From Candidatus Parcubacteria bacterium (GTDB lineage Bacteria > Patescibacteriota > Saccharimonadia > UBA4664 > JBIOIQ01): 49,832 bases of DNA. Under the pieces are notes generated by a model that was not told the origin of the DNA, made no database searches, and was given only the letters and a program-made list of their open reading frames with translations. Within the stretch, counting starts at the first letter, position 1. Each line of letters begins with the position of its first letter. Location of the stretch: assembly GCA_963718875.1 (NCBI GenBank), contig OY970378.1:820433-870264 (forward strand), read 5' to 3'. The translations under genes were made by a program, and so were the position numbers. Shown in pieces: positions 8,612 to 18,179 of the stretch.

Positions 8612-10255
8612 TTAGTATTTCCATTTCTGATTTGGCCCGCCGTTGCAGTCCCAGAGCTGGATTTGAGCGCCAGGGTTAAAGTTGATATCTTTGATATCTA
8701 GACATTTCTTTAGTCCGGCTATACCAAGTCCAGTTGGAGTAATTGTGTTGTCCGAATTCATGCGCCATTTTTGATGAGGGCTATTGGGGACACACGCCCA
8801 GATTTGAATTTTATTGCCATTGGCTAAACTTCCCCCCGGCACATCTAGACATCTTGAGCCGTAAATTGTAATTGTACCGTTTTGTAGAAATGACCATTTT
8901 TGATTAATTTGGTTATTGCAACCCCAAAGAATTAGCTTGGTACCACTTCTGGTATCGTTACCTGGCACATCTAAACAAAGGCCTTGATTGTTGGGTCCAG
9001 GTTGGTTCACTACTGAGATAGTTTTACTAAAAGCCTGTGTTTGGGTAGTAGTAGTCGTCGGAGAATTCGGTAAGATGACAGGTTGGGCGGCGCACGGCCC
9101 AAAGCTACTACCCACTAACTTATTGCCTCCTGCCCCAATGTTTATACCAAAGGTACTGACGTTATGTTTAACACCATTTCGGTACATAGCAGGAATGGGC
9201 CAATCAAAACGGTGCGTACCCGCTGTGGGGGCGTTAGGCAGATTGCCGTTATTGTTAATGTCTGGGCTGGCTACGCTAGTGGCGCCTGTGTTATATCCAG
9301 CACCATCAATATAGACATGGACCTGGATGTTAGCATTGGGACTGTCAGGATCGTAAGCCCAACCCTTAACTCGTTGACAACTAACTTCGTCAACCACCAT
9401 CTGAGGATCGTGGTTGACTACGGTTTGAGTGGGTGTAGTCGCCACAACAGGAGCTGCGCAAGGTCCAAAGCTACTACCCACCACTGTGTTTTCACCAGTA
9501 CCAATATTTATAGCGAAAGTGCTGACATTATGACGGGCTCCATCAAGGAAACGGGCAGGAATGGGCCAATCAAAACGGTGCGTACCCGCCGTGGGAGCGT
9601 TAGGTAGATTACCATTATTGTTAATGTCTGGACTGGCTACGCTAGTGGCGCCAGTGTTATATCCAGCACCATCAATATAGACGTGGACCTCGATGTTGGT
9701 GTTGGGACTGTCAGGATCGTAAGTCCAGCCCTTAACTCGTTGGCAACTAACTTCGTCAACGATCATTTGTGGGTTTTGAGTCGGGGCAGGTTTTGGGGTG
9801 GCTACCGTACTAGAGCGGTAAACTCGCGCTGCTTCTTCCCCGCACTCAGGCCAGGGACCAAGTCCGGCATCGAGGAAATAGGCATAAGCGGCCTGGTCCT
9901 GAATGGTAGGAGGTGCATCCGAGGGTACCCATCCTTTGTAAGGATCTGGAGCATATGCGGACCAACTTTCTCGAGCAAATTGATAAGCGCCGTAGTATCC
10001 ATTCCCGGTGTTAATAGTATAGTTGTTTCCGCTTTCACATTGTTTCAATGGAGGGGCAAGTATAACCCAGGCTTGAGGTGTCCTTGGTATGTCGCCCGTG
10101 TAGGCAAGGATTATTGCGACAAAGGCGGCAAATACAGCCACAAACCCTGACGTTACAAACCATTGTTTGCGGTTAAACTGACGGAAGTTAAGGACTTTTG
10201 GACTTGCGAATTTTGAAATAATTTGACTAAGTTTTGATGGTTGCTTAGGCGCCAT
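8612..10255 (-). CDS. Membrane-anchored Rpf-like transglycosylase + two 106-aa repeat domains + ricin-B (beta-trefoil) lectin
   Basis: 547 aa with an N-terminal TM. CESGNNYTINTGNGYYGAYQF matches the Rpf transglycosylase-like signature. It has two GW(A/T)YDPD repeats. The C-terminus carries three QxW motifs (NQKWSF, HQKWRM, NQKWKY). Confidence 0.85.
   Translation of the reverse strand: MAPKQPSKLSQIISKFASPKVLNFRQFNRKQWFVTSGFVAVFAAFVAIILAYTGDIPRTPQAWVILAPPLKQCESGNNYTINTGNGYYGAYQFARESWSAYAPDPYKGWVPSDAPPTIQDQAAYAYFLDAGLGPWPECGEEAARVYRSSTVATPKPAPTQNPQMIVDEVSCQRVKGWTYDPDSPNTNIEVHVYIDGAGYNTGATSVASPDINNNGNLPNAPTAGTHRFDWPIPARFLDGARHNVSTFAINIGTGENTVVGSSFGPCAAPVVATTPTQTVVNHDPQMVVDEVSCQRVKGWAYDPDSPNANIQVHVYIDGAGYNTGATSVASPDINNNGNLPNAPTAGTHRFDWPIPAMYRNGVKHNVSTFGINIGAGGNKLVGSSFGPCAAQPVILPNSPTTTTTQTQAFSKTISVVNQPGPNNQGLCLDVPGNDTRSGTKLILWGCNNQINQKWSFLQNGTITIYGSRCLDVPGGSLANGNKIQIWACVPNSPHQKWRMNSDNTITPTGLGIAGLKKCLDIKDINFNPGAQIQLWDCNGGPNQKWKY
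9089..9772 (-). repeat. In-frame tandem duplication of a 106-aa domain (period 122 aa / 366 nt)
   Basis: aa 162-267 and 284-389 are near-identical (PQM(I/V)VDEVSCQRVKGW(T/A)YDPDSPN...GSSFGPCAA). Confidence 0.9.
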
Positions 10256-10425
10256 TTATTTTTCTCGTACTTATTATCCTATGTTTACCACATTGTTAGA
10301 GTAAGCACAAGCACTTTGTTTTGGCCAACTTTAAGGGCAACGGCTTCATAGACATACTTCAAAGACCTTTTTTTATATTAGCGGTAGACTATTTGTGCCG
10401 GGGAGTTTTTATTTGTTTTTCCTCT

Positions 10426-10617
10426 GGTACCGCCTTTAGGACAGTAGTCAAGGTGCAGAGAAGTAAGTTCGTAGGTCTAATCCCAATCCTGGTTCACCTT
10501 AGAGCGTTCTGAGGAAAAATGGGTTCTTAGCGATCAGAAATGCTCCAAAAAGGCTAAATGTGACTGATTCAGCTTGTATGCTTTAAAGTAAGAAGCTACT
10601 GTCCTAAAGGCGGTATA
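10426..10617. repeat. Palindrome-bounded ~190-nt intergenic element, copy 2
   Basis: Perfect 20-bp inverted repeat 10428-10447 / 10596-10615 enclosing 148 nt. It shares GGTACC...CAGTAGTCA with copy 1, with compensatory arm differences. Confidence 0.6.
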
Positions 10618-10800
10618 TGCTTAATAAAGCTACGGGTTGATCGCTCGTTTTATAAAATAGAGATTTTTATAGCGTTTTTTGCAGCAGGCAGAAGTATTTA
10701 CGGATACTAAATATACCAAAAGACTTGAAGATGGCCAATGTAGTGGAACAGTTTACGAGAGATCTGTATAAGGAGCACCCTGCCTGTTTATCAATAACCC

Positions 10801-12459
10801 TTAATGCTCCTCGTATGGTTCATCGGGCGTATGTCGCCATAAGTGCCGATAGCGGAAATAGCCCCAGAATAATAGCGAAAATGCTCCAAAGCCTATAAAC
10901 AAGGTTAAGACTGAGATGAGAGAAGTTTTGTTTGATGTGCCATAAATCCCGCCTTGTAATAACGTGAATGCAAACAGCCCAACGCCTATGGCGTAAATAA
11001 TGGTCCAGCCTGTTTTGTTCCATTTTTTAACCTGTTCGCCGTAAAAAAAACGGATTGGCGCAAGCCCAAAGACAACAGCTATTAAGGCAGTTACCCATAA
11101 GCTAGATAGAGTTGCGTCTAAAACTAATACAGGGAAATCAGCCCCAGCCTGAGTGGCCGCAGCTTTAACCGGTATCCAGGCAAACCAACCCAAGGCAGCT
11201 AAAGCGACGAGTCCAATGGTGGCTACTGCCAAGCCCTCTCCGTCTTGCTTGTCTGACGGGTCTTTGCCAGCAAAAGTTAGAGCCGTAAAAATACCATATA
11301 TATAGCCGGGGACAAAGTTGGCTAGACGCGATGCCAATACTAAAATTGCTCCAATCATAAGGCCAATAACGTGGGTTCGCAGTTTGCTACGCAAGCCGAA
11401 GCGGCGTTTTAAATACAGAGCGCGGAACAAGTCGTACACAACCGATGTTATAACTAAGGTAATAAATATCCCCAGCAATAGCGCTAGTGATGCCGGGTTA
11501 AATCCAAAGTCGGGCGAAAGTTGGCTATTAATGACTGCCCCTACTGCCGCAAAGGCAATTAACGCCACGACAGAAGGTAGACGTTTTAAGAAATTTACGA
11601 AGCGGCGCAATCGCGGCATTTTAAACCAGCCTGACACCTCATTATAGTTTGACGCGAGAGTAGAGTTGAACATCTCGGCCGGGAACAGAATAAGTAAAAT
11701 TAAAAGTAGCGTTAATAAAGCACTTTCAATAAAGGTTCCAAGTGTAAGTTTTAGCTGGGTTGGGTCGGGTACCGACTTTACAAACGCCGAGCGCTTTAGA
11801 TCGTCGTTTACATTTGTAGGGAGGTTAAAGGTAACGGAAGGAAACGAGCTGTCCGAAGCCGGGGGGGTAACCTCCACTGGTGGCGGAGTGGTGGGCGGTG
11901 GGGTTACGGGTGGTGGCGTCGGAGTTGGAGTTGGAGTTGGGACGGGAGTAGGTGTTGGTGGCGTCGGAGTTGGAGTTGGAGTTGGGACGGGAGTAGGTGT
12001 GGTAACAGGCGTGTCATTGTCATTGATGGTGCCTATACCATCAACTACCGGCGGAAGATTACACTCGCCGCAGCTCTCAGTCACTCGAAGAATAAATTTT
12101 TCGGTTGGCTCCTGTAAAGGATCGTCAATAATCTGAACGACAACTGATCTGGGTTTTGTAGAGGAAAGGGTAAAATAGCCATCACTAGTCTCATATGAGT
12201 AGTCGTCAGGAGAAACCGCTGAGTTAAAGATGGTTTGATAGCTTATGCTGATGTCTCGAGACCCACTAGGTAGACTAATAATGAATGTTGCTGTTCCGGC
12301 AGATTCGTTAACTGTTACGTTACTTACTAGAACAGAGGCTGCGGAAGCGGGACGAGATGGGAGTAAGCCCAACATTAAAATGGAAGCGAAAAGAATGGTC
12401 AGCTTGATAGGCGACTTTATTATAAATGATTTAACTATCGAGCGAGCTAAGCGAAACAT
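10801..12459 (-). CDS. Secreted Calx-beta domain + Pro/Thr linker + polytopic C-terminal membrane domain protein
   Basis: 552 aa with a signal peptide. Calx-beta-like VTVNESAGTATF...SPDDYSY...IIDDPLQEPTEKFILRV. A PTPTP linker, then about 8 TM helices. Confidence 0.75.
   Translation of the reverse strand: MFRLARSIVKSFIIKSPIKLTILFASILMLGLLPSRPASAASVLVSNVTVNESAGTATFIISLPSGSRDISISYQTIFNSAVSPDDYSYETSDGYFTLSSTKPRSVVVQIIDDPLQEPTEKFILRVTESCGECNLPPVVDGIGTINDNDTPVTTPTPVPTPTPTPTPPTPTPVPTPTPTPTPPPVTPPPTTPPPVEVTPPASDSSFPSVTFNLPTNVNDDLKRSAFVKSVPDPTQLKLTLGTFIESALLTLLLILLILFPAEMFNSTLASNYNEVSGWFKMPRLRRFVNFLKRLPSVVALIAFAAVGAVINSQLSPDFGFNPASLALLLGIFITLVITSVVYDLFRALYLKRRFGLRSKLRTHVIGLMIGAILVLASRLANFVPGYIYGIFTALTFAGKDPSDKQDGEGLAVATIGLVALAALGWFAWIPVKAAATQAGADFPVLVLDATLSSLWVTALIAVVFGLAPIRFFYGEQVKKWNKTGWTIIYAIGVGLFAFTLLQGGIYGTSNKTSLISVLTLFIGFGAFSLLFWGYFRYRHLWRHTPDEPYEEH
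11912..12001 (-). repeat. 45-nt tandem duplication encoding the PT-rich linker
   Basis: GGTGGCGTCGGAGTTGGAGTTGGAGTTGGGACGGGAGTAGGTGT occurs twice in direct succession. Confidence 0.85.
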
Positions 12460-12501
12460 AACAGTTATTATAGCTTAAGTACGGTCAATTACTACGCATT
12501 T

Positions 12502-13158
12502 TTATTGCAGTTTATTAATGTAATCTGTCCAAGCTGCATCTTCAATCTTATGCTCGGCATACAAAAAAACCAATAAACCATTTTTGTGGAAAACCACGGT
12601 TTGCGGGCCTTTTTCTGAAATACCTAGATAAGCCTTAGGTGTAGACGACAGAGCGGTAGTTGCAGAAATGCTGGTAGCTAACTTTTGCAACTCTTGATCT
12701 GGCTCTTTTTGAAAACTCTGTGGCAAAGGTTGCTGACTGATAGTAATGTCGACCTCGCCTATTTTGTCTTTGTAGCTAGCAACTTTACGGGTCCCATCGT
12801 AGCCTATTTTACCGCTAGGGTTGTTGGGTTGCTTACCTTCGGGCAGCAATGGCTTGAAGTCGGGTTTTGCAGCCGGCAGTTGCGCCGACTTTTTGGTTAC
12901 AGCTGGCTTTTTGCTTAAAGATTTAAACAGGTTTTTTCTCTCTTTGTCTAGGTATTCTATAGCCTGACCAAACGAACGCTTTAGCTGGCTCAGAACCTTG
13001 GGATTGCGACTGAAGTAAAACCAAGAACCGACTGCTATTGTGACAAGTACGATCAACAAAAAAAACCTAAAAGCTCTTTTTCTACGACGACGCCGACGTG
13101 GGTCGACTCTTAAGTCACTAAACCCTTGATTAGAGCCGGGTTGGTTTTTTTTACTCAT
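12502..13158 (-). CDS. Membrane-anchored accessory protein, paralogue of the ORF at 45189-45677
   Basis: 218 aa with a basic N-terminus and one TM. The C-terminal domain shares I(T/S)(V/I)S(N/Q)Q..P..F and G.L.F..A.H...D..W....N.L motifs with the 162-aa ORF that follows the other giant gene. Confidence 0.6.
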   Translation of the reverse strand: MSKKNQPGSNQGFSDLRVDPRRRRRRKRAFRFFLLIVLVTIAVGSWFYFSRNPKVLSQLKRSFGQAIEYLDKERKNLFKSLSKKPAVTKKSAQLPAAKPDFKPLLPEGKQPNNPSGKIGYDGTRKVASYKDKIGEVDITISQQPLPQSFQKEPDQELQKLATSISATTALSSTPKAYLGISEKGPQTVVFHKNGLLVFLYAEHKIEDAAWTDYINKLQ

Positions 13159-13287
13159 ACTTAAGTTAGGTTAGCATGGCCACTTTGACAGCCGCAAGTA
13201 TTAATAGCTAGTGGATCGTGGGATAGAGGTATGAGCCACTTGAATAAAAAAAGGTCTAGTATCACCTCCATAAATCACTCCTACGCG

Positions 13288-16200
13288 CTAGAACGGAGTG
13301 TTTAGGGGTTGGAGTTCGCCGCCAGTAAAGGTTTTGCCGTGGTGCAGACGTTTGCTGGGGTCGGCCGTAAAAAATAGCGTCAGGTCGGCTATGGTTGGAC
13401 CGCGCGTGACATCCTCTGGATAGCCAAAAGCTTGAGTGCTGTCAATATTTATAGAGAAGTAGAGGTAGCGAGCACAGTTAGTATTTCCATTACTAGCGTC
13501 TCTGGGAGTATAGATTTCGGGGTTGCCCAATGTAACTTTGCCGAAGTTTGTCTCCGTACCCCAAGTGGACATGGCCGGAGATGTTGGCGTGACGCCACAA
13601 TCTTCGTTTGGGTTAACTATGCCATCTATATCCGTCATGCTGCGGTACTTTAGGTACCATTCCGCGCCAGTGGAGTTATCCAGTCCGTTCATGAGCCATT
13701 TAGTTGGGAATACATCGGTGTCTGTGTCTATCATTCGAGAGTACTTGGCTACCTGGGGTTGCATCAATAAGGTGGTTTGTACCACCCTGTTGGCACCCGT
13801 ATAAGTCAGCGTGGATCCACAACCGCCACCCGTGATGTACGCCTTGCCGTCCCAATACACAGCTTGCGCCCCATACCGGCTACCGACATATTTTTCATTA
13901 GTTTCAAACCATTCGCCAACACCGGTAGGATTATTGCCGCTAGCAATGGTGGTATTGGCGCTTATCGGAGCGGCAATGGTGTTGGTTTCACAAGTTTCGG
14001 CGGAAGAGCGGCCGCCGAATAGGTACATAAAGCCGTTGTAGGCAAAACCGTCGGCACCATAAAGTTTGTCCGCCAAGCTAGAAGTATAACTCCAGGCACC
14101 TGACGAAATAGTACCGTCGGTGTTTATCTTGGCATATTGTACATCACCCGTTATTGTGGTGCCGTTATCGGTTGAACCACCCAGGGCATAGATGTTATTG
14201 GCATATGTAATGGCCGTTACGCCGCTTCTGGCAACGTTAAATCCGGTTGTGCTAGTCCAAGCACTAGTTATATCTCCGCCATTGGTTAGTTGTGGGCTTA
14301 CGTATACAGTGTTCTGAACTGCACTGCCGTTATAGCCGCCAATTACATACAGACGATTGTTCCAAACAGCTGCGCCGTGTTTTGTGCGCGCGGCGGGTAG
14401 CCCATTTGTGGCCGTACTCCAGGAACTTATATTTCCGGTGGACGTAGAGGGCGTGGCATAATAGACCTCTGACGAATAGACCCCCAACAGATCCTGGCCA
14501 CCAACGAAATAGAGCGAACCTCCAGCCGCCACCATCTTGCCCCAGCCTCTATTGGCTGGAAGTGTAGAGTCAGTAGTGTTCGCCCATGCGCCCACAACCC
14601 CAGTTGAGCTAATGGCCGCAAACTGACTGTTATTGGTCGTGACCGTACAATCACCTAAGCCCGTACAGCCGCCGGCCACGTAAATATAGCCATTCAATAC
14701 CGCCGTGGCGTGACCCATGCGGTCGGTCGCAAATAAGTTAGCGCTGGCAGAATACAACGCCGGAGCACCACTATAATTATTAAATAACTGGAATACCTGA
14801 ACATTGCCGGTCATGGTGGTACAGTTAGATGGTGGGTCACCTACACTACACCCTCCCATCGTATATACGTAGCCGTTATTGACAATTGCTCGAAGATCCC
14901 ACCTGGCATCAACGGTTACGTTGGAGGTGGCAAAAGTACCAATGCTGCCATCACTGGTGTTGATCTTGGAAAACAATAGGTCGTTGAGCGACGTACCGGA
15001 AGCGTAGCCGGCAATAGTATACAAGTAGCCATTGTAGCCAAAGGCGACACCTCGCCTTCGGGCTGGACTGACTTCATTGGGCGAAGTAGTCCATATACTA
15101 CCACTGGCGGCCACGATATTATTGTTATTGTCAATCTTGGCGTACATTACCTGGCCGCGATCCGACTGGCTAGGGCTCTGCCCGCCCACCAGATAAACAT
15201 AATTGGCGTAAACCGCACCAGCCATGACGCCTAAGCCTTGGGTGCCTGCCGTCCCCGGTTCGGAATCAATAGTCAGTTGACCGCTAGTAGTACAACCATT
15301 CAAGCTTGTGTCGGTAGAAATATTACATTTATAGACTGACGAATACTGTGAGTTAGCGCCATCACAGTTTAGGCCATTATCGATTGCGCCGCTTGGCCCG
15401 GTACAACCACCCAAGACATACAGATTCCCAGGATTGGTTCCGGCAGAACTGGGGTTAGACCTCGTAAACGCATAGGAATAGCCACGACTGGTGTTCCCGG
15501 TTTGGCCTGGCGCATCGTCTGTTATACCTACGGCTGCAAAGGTCTGGCTTGTCCAGCCGGCGCTTAGTGCTCCAGAACTAGTAGGTGTGATGCGCCAAAT
15601 ATTAGTTTGCCAAGTCGTGCCGGTGGTGCCTCCCACAACATAGATAGTATTGTTGAACGCTGTCACGGCAAATGCAGCCAAACCACTAGCGGCATTAACT
15701 GTGTTGGTATTATCGACGCACCAGCTGCCAACGAACTGCAAGGTACCGCCAGTACAGCTTGCTACTCGCACAATCACGCCGTCTGACCTGACGGACGCAT
15801 AGGAAATATTATCAGAAGCTTTGCCGGAATTACCGGTAAAGCAGACATTACTAGCGCCAACAGCCGTACACCCACCGATGTAGTAGATAAAGCCGTTGTT
15901 GACGACAGTACCGCCAGACATACGACCGCCCTGACCACTAGAGCTGCCTTCTGGCGGTAAGTCACAGTCGCGCCAGCCACCAGCAGCATCACAAGGGCTG
16001 GTTCCGTTAGCTACTGAGCTACGTACCGAGCTGGCATCACCGTCTTGGTTAATCACGCCATAACTGGTATTAGCGGTAGTGGTACTACAGCTACTGCCAG
16101 TCATGGCCGTACAGCCACCTATACCGTACAGCACGCCGCGCCAACTTACAAAGCCATACCCCATGCGCTTACTGGTAAGACCCGTTAACGTTTGCCAGTC

Positions 16201-18093
16201 GCTAATGGTGCCGTCGGCATTGATGCTGGCCAATATTGCGTTGTTTATAACATTGGCGTCGGCCGTGCAGACCAGACTGGTAAAGGTCGAGCAGCCTCCG
16301 GCGGCATAGATGTAGCCGCCCCAAATCGTCGTAAAGTTACCGCCATTGGCAGCCCGAGCAGATGGCAGTGCTGTTGTGGTAGCCCACGCTGACCCCGCTA
16401 ATGTCCCATCGTTATTGACCTTAATGTAGTAAACTGTCGTTTGAGTGGTGCTAGCATTTGCCCCTCCAATAACGTAGAGACGGTCGTTATAGACTTGCAC
16501 GCTATGGTTATGCCGGCCGGCCGGCAGTGCCACCATGCCCGTAGTTGCCCAAGAACCCAGGGTACCTGTAGGCTTAATGTCAGCCCGCTCAACGGTCGTT
16601 AAGCCACCAGTTGTTGCGATGGACTGACCGCCGATTAGATACATGCTATTGTTGTAGGCCACCGCGCCGGCGTAACTACGCTCTGTCCCCAAGCTAGTGT
16701 CCTGATACCAGTAAACCCAGTTGGCTTTGTTAGTGTCCGTAGGATGCCACAAGCTTGGCTCACCATTAAGGCCCAGTTTGGCAATGTATATTTTGGGCGA
16801 CCTGGTAGCGCCGTTCAGACCCCCAATTACATGCAGGTAACCGTTATAGGCGGTTAATGTATGTCCTACTCTGGTTTCGGGCAAATTATAAACACTGTCT
16901 GTGCACCAGCTGGCGCAGGCACCATTGCCGGGGTTGGGCGCCTCTATAGCACCTGTTGTGGTATTAAACTTTGCCCAATAGACAGTGGCTGTATCACTGC
17001 TGCCGCTATTTCCGCCGACGGAGTAGGCATAGCCGCCATAGGTCGCGGTTGCCGCGTCACGCCGCGCTGCTGGTAGAGCCAGCGAACTATTCCAGGCATT
17101 AAAACGAGCGCCCGTTAGCTTACCCTTTTGGATCAGTTCGTTGGAAACGTCGAAGTCTAGATTTGTCTCGTTGTTCCCGCGCATCAGCTTTTGGGCTGTT
17201 TCTACATAAATGCTGGGGTCGATACTTAAAGGGTAACTGGCACCCTTGAGCTGCTTTGTCACCAGTCGCAAGAATGTACCTTCGAGCTCAAAATAGGCCT
17301 TTACTTGCGATACAGTCTTGCCTGTTTCTACCACTACCGGCGCCGGAAGCGTAAACAGCAGCTTGTTCTTGCTATTACTTTTGCGGGCCTTTTCTAGCAG
17401 TAGCTTGTCGTTCTCCGTTCCGGTAGATACCTCACCATTAATAGGTAAGTCCGAGCCATAAACGCCAATCGCACCATTGACTTCTTTTCTGGCTTCCAGT
17501 CCATTCTTGAGCCCGATTTCATACTCGAATACTAGCTTGTCTTGGGTGTAATTACCGAGGACAATATCCTCTTTGATGCCAGTGATTTGGGAGGTATACA
17601 CTAGGTACCCTTGGGCACTGCCTAGCTGATAGAAAATTTGGTTATTGTCCTGACTGCCTTCCTTTACCCGGAACTTTGGCTTCAATGTAACGTCTACACT
17701 ATTCAGCGGGTCTTTAACGGTCACCCCTTTGGCAGGATCCTTGCTCATGTAGGCATTAATCCGCGGAGCCCCCGTACCACTCAACCCATTTTCTGGACTA
17801 TTCCGCCCGGTATATGATTGATTATATTTATATGTCTTGGTTTTGTTATCATATTCCAAAAACTTAGCTAGAGATTGGTTCTGTTTCGGTAGCACAGCCC
17901 GACCGGCGTCATTCAACCTGTATGGCCTAGCGGGGAATACAGCGAAGAATATGACCGCAATTAGGGTAGCAAAAAACAGTCCAGCTGCTATCCTATAGTA
18001 TATTTGATAACGCTTCTTCTGTAGCATCCTCAGCATGCCGCCCTCAACCCAACGGCTTAAGCTGTAGTTTGTCTGCTTATTAACACCAGTCAA
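13288..18093 (-). CDS. Giant membrane-anchored Kelch-repeat (multi-beta-propeller) protein
   Basis: 1601-aa ORF with an N-terminal TM and dozens of Kelch-like Y..GG / GG.. blades (NGY(I/L)Y(V/A)(I/A)GG). The likely ATG is at 18036 (MLRMLQKK); the track start at 18093 is TTG. Confidence 0.85.
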   Translation of the reverse strand: MTGVNKQTNYSLSRWVEGGMLRMLQKKRYQIYYRIAAGLFFATLIAVIFFAVFPARPYRLNDAGRAVLPKQNQSLAKFLEYDNKTKTYKYNQSYTGRNSPENGLSGTGAPRINAYMSKDPAKGVTVKDPLNSVDVTLKPKFRVKEGSQDNNQIFYQLGSAQGYLVYTSQITGIKEDIVLGNYTQDKLVFEYEIGLKNGLEARKEVNGAIGVYGSDLPINGEVSTGTENDKLLLEKARKSNSKNKLLFTLPAPVVVETGKTVSQVKAYFELEGTFLRLVTKQLKGASYPLSIDPSIYVETAQKLMRGNNETNLDFDVSNELIQKGKLTGARFNAWNSSLALPAARRDAATATYGGYAYSVGGNSGSSDTATVYWAKFNTTTGAIEAPNPGNGACASWCTDSVYNLPETRVGHTLTAYNGYLHVIGGLNGATRSPKIYIAKLGLNGEPSLWHPTDTNKANWVYWYQDTSLGTERSYAGAVAYNNSMYLIGGQSIATTGGLTTVERADIKPTGTLGSWATTGMVALPAGRHNHSVQVYNDRLYVIGGANASTTQTTVYYIKVNNDGTLAGSAWATTTALPSARAANGGNFTTIWGGYIYAAGGCSTFTSLVCTADANVINNAILASINADGTISDWQTLTGLTSKRMGYGFVSWRGVLYGIGGCTAMTGSSCSTTTANTSYGVINQDGDASSVRSSVANGTSPCDAAGGWRDCDLPPEGSSSGQGGRMSGGTVVNNGFIYYIGGCTAVGASNVCFTGNSGKASDNISYASVRSDGVIVRVASCTGGTLQFVGSWCVDNTNTVNAASGLAAFAVTAFNNTIYVVGGTTGTTWQTNIWRITPTSSGALSAGWTSQTFAAVGITDDAPGQTGNTSRGYSYAFTRSNPSSAGTNPGNLYVLGGCTGPSGAIDNGLNCDGANSQYSSVYKCNISTDTSLNGCTTSGQLTIDSEPGTAGTQGLGVMAGAVYANYVYLVGGQSPSQSDRGQVMYAKIDNNNNIVAASGSIWTTSPNEVSPARRRGVAFGYNGYLYTIAGYASGTSLNDLLFSKINTSDGSIGTFATSNVTVDARWDLRAIVNNGYVYTMGGCSVGDPPSNCTTMTGNVQVFQLFNNYSGAPALYSASANLFATDRMGHATAVLNGYIYVAGGCTGLGDCTVTTNNSQFAAISSTGVVGAWANTTDSTLPANRGWGKMVAAGGSLYFVGGQDLLGVYSSEVYYATPSTSTGNISSWSTATNGLPAARTKHGAAVWNNRLYVIGGYNGSAVQNTVYVSPQLTNGGDITSAWTSTTGFNVARSGVTAITYANNIYALGGSTDNGTTITGDVQYAKINTDGTISSGAWSYTSSLADKLYGADGFAYNGFMYLFGGRSSAETCETNTIAAPISANTTIASGNNPTGVGEWFETNEKYVGSRYGAQAVYWDGKAYITGGGCGSTLTYTGANRVVQTTLLMQPQVAKYSRMIDTDTDVFPTKWLMNGLDNSTGAEWYLKYRSMTDIDGIVNPNEDCGVTPTSPAMSTWGTETNFGKVTLGNPEIYTPRDASNGNTNCARYLYFSINIDSTQAFGYPEDVTRGPTIADLTLFFTADPSKRLHHGKTFTGGELQPLNTPF

Positions 18094-18179
18094 ATTTCTT
18101 ATCCCTTATGCTTTTATTCTACGGTAAAGTGTAGCTCATTTAAACATTGCTCTAACGATATTAGTGATTTAAAGTTTTT

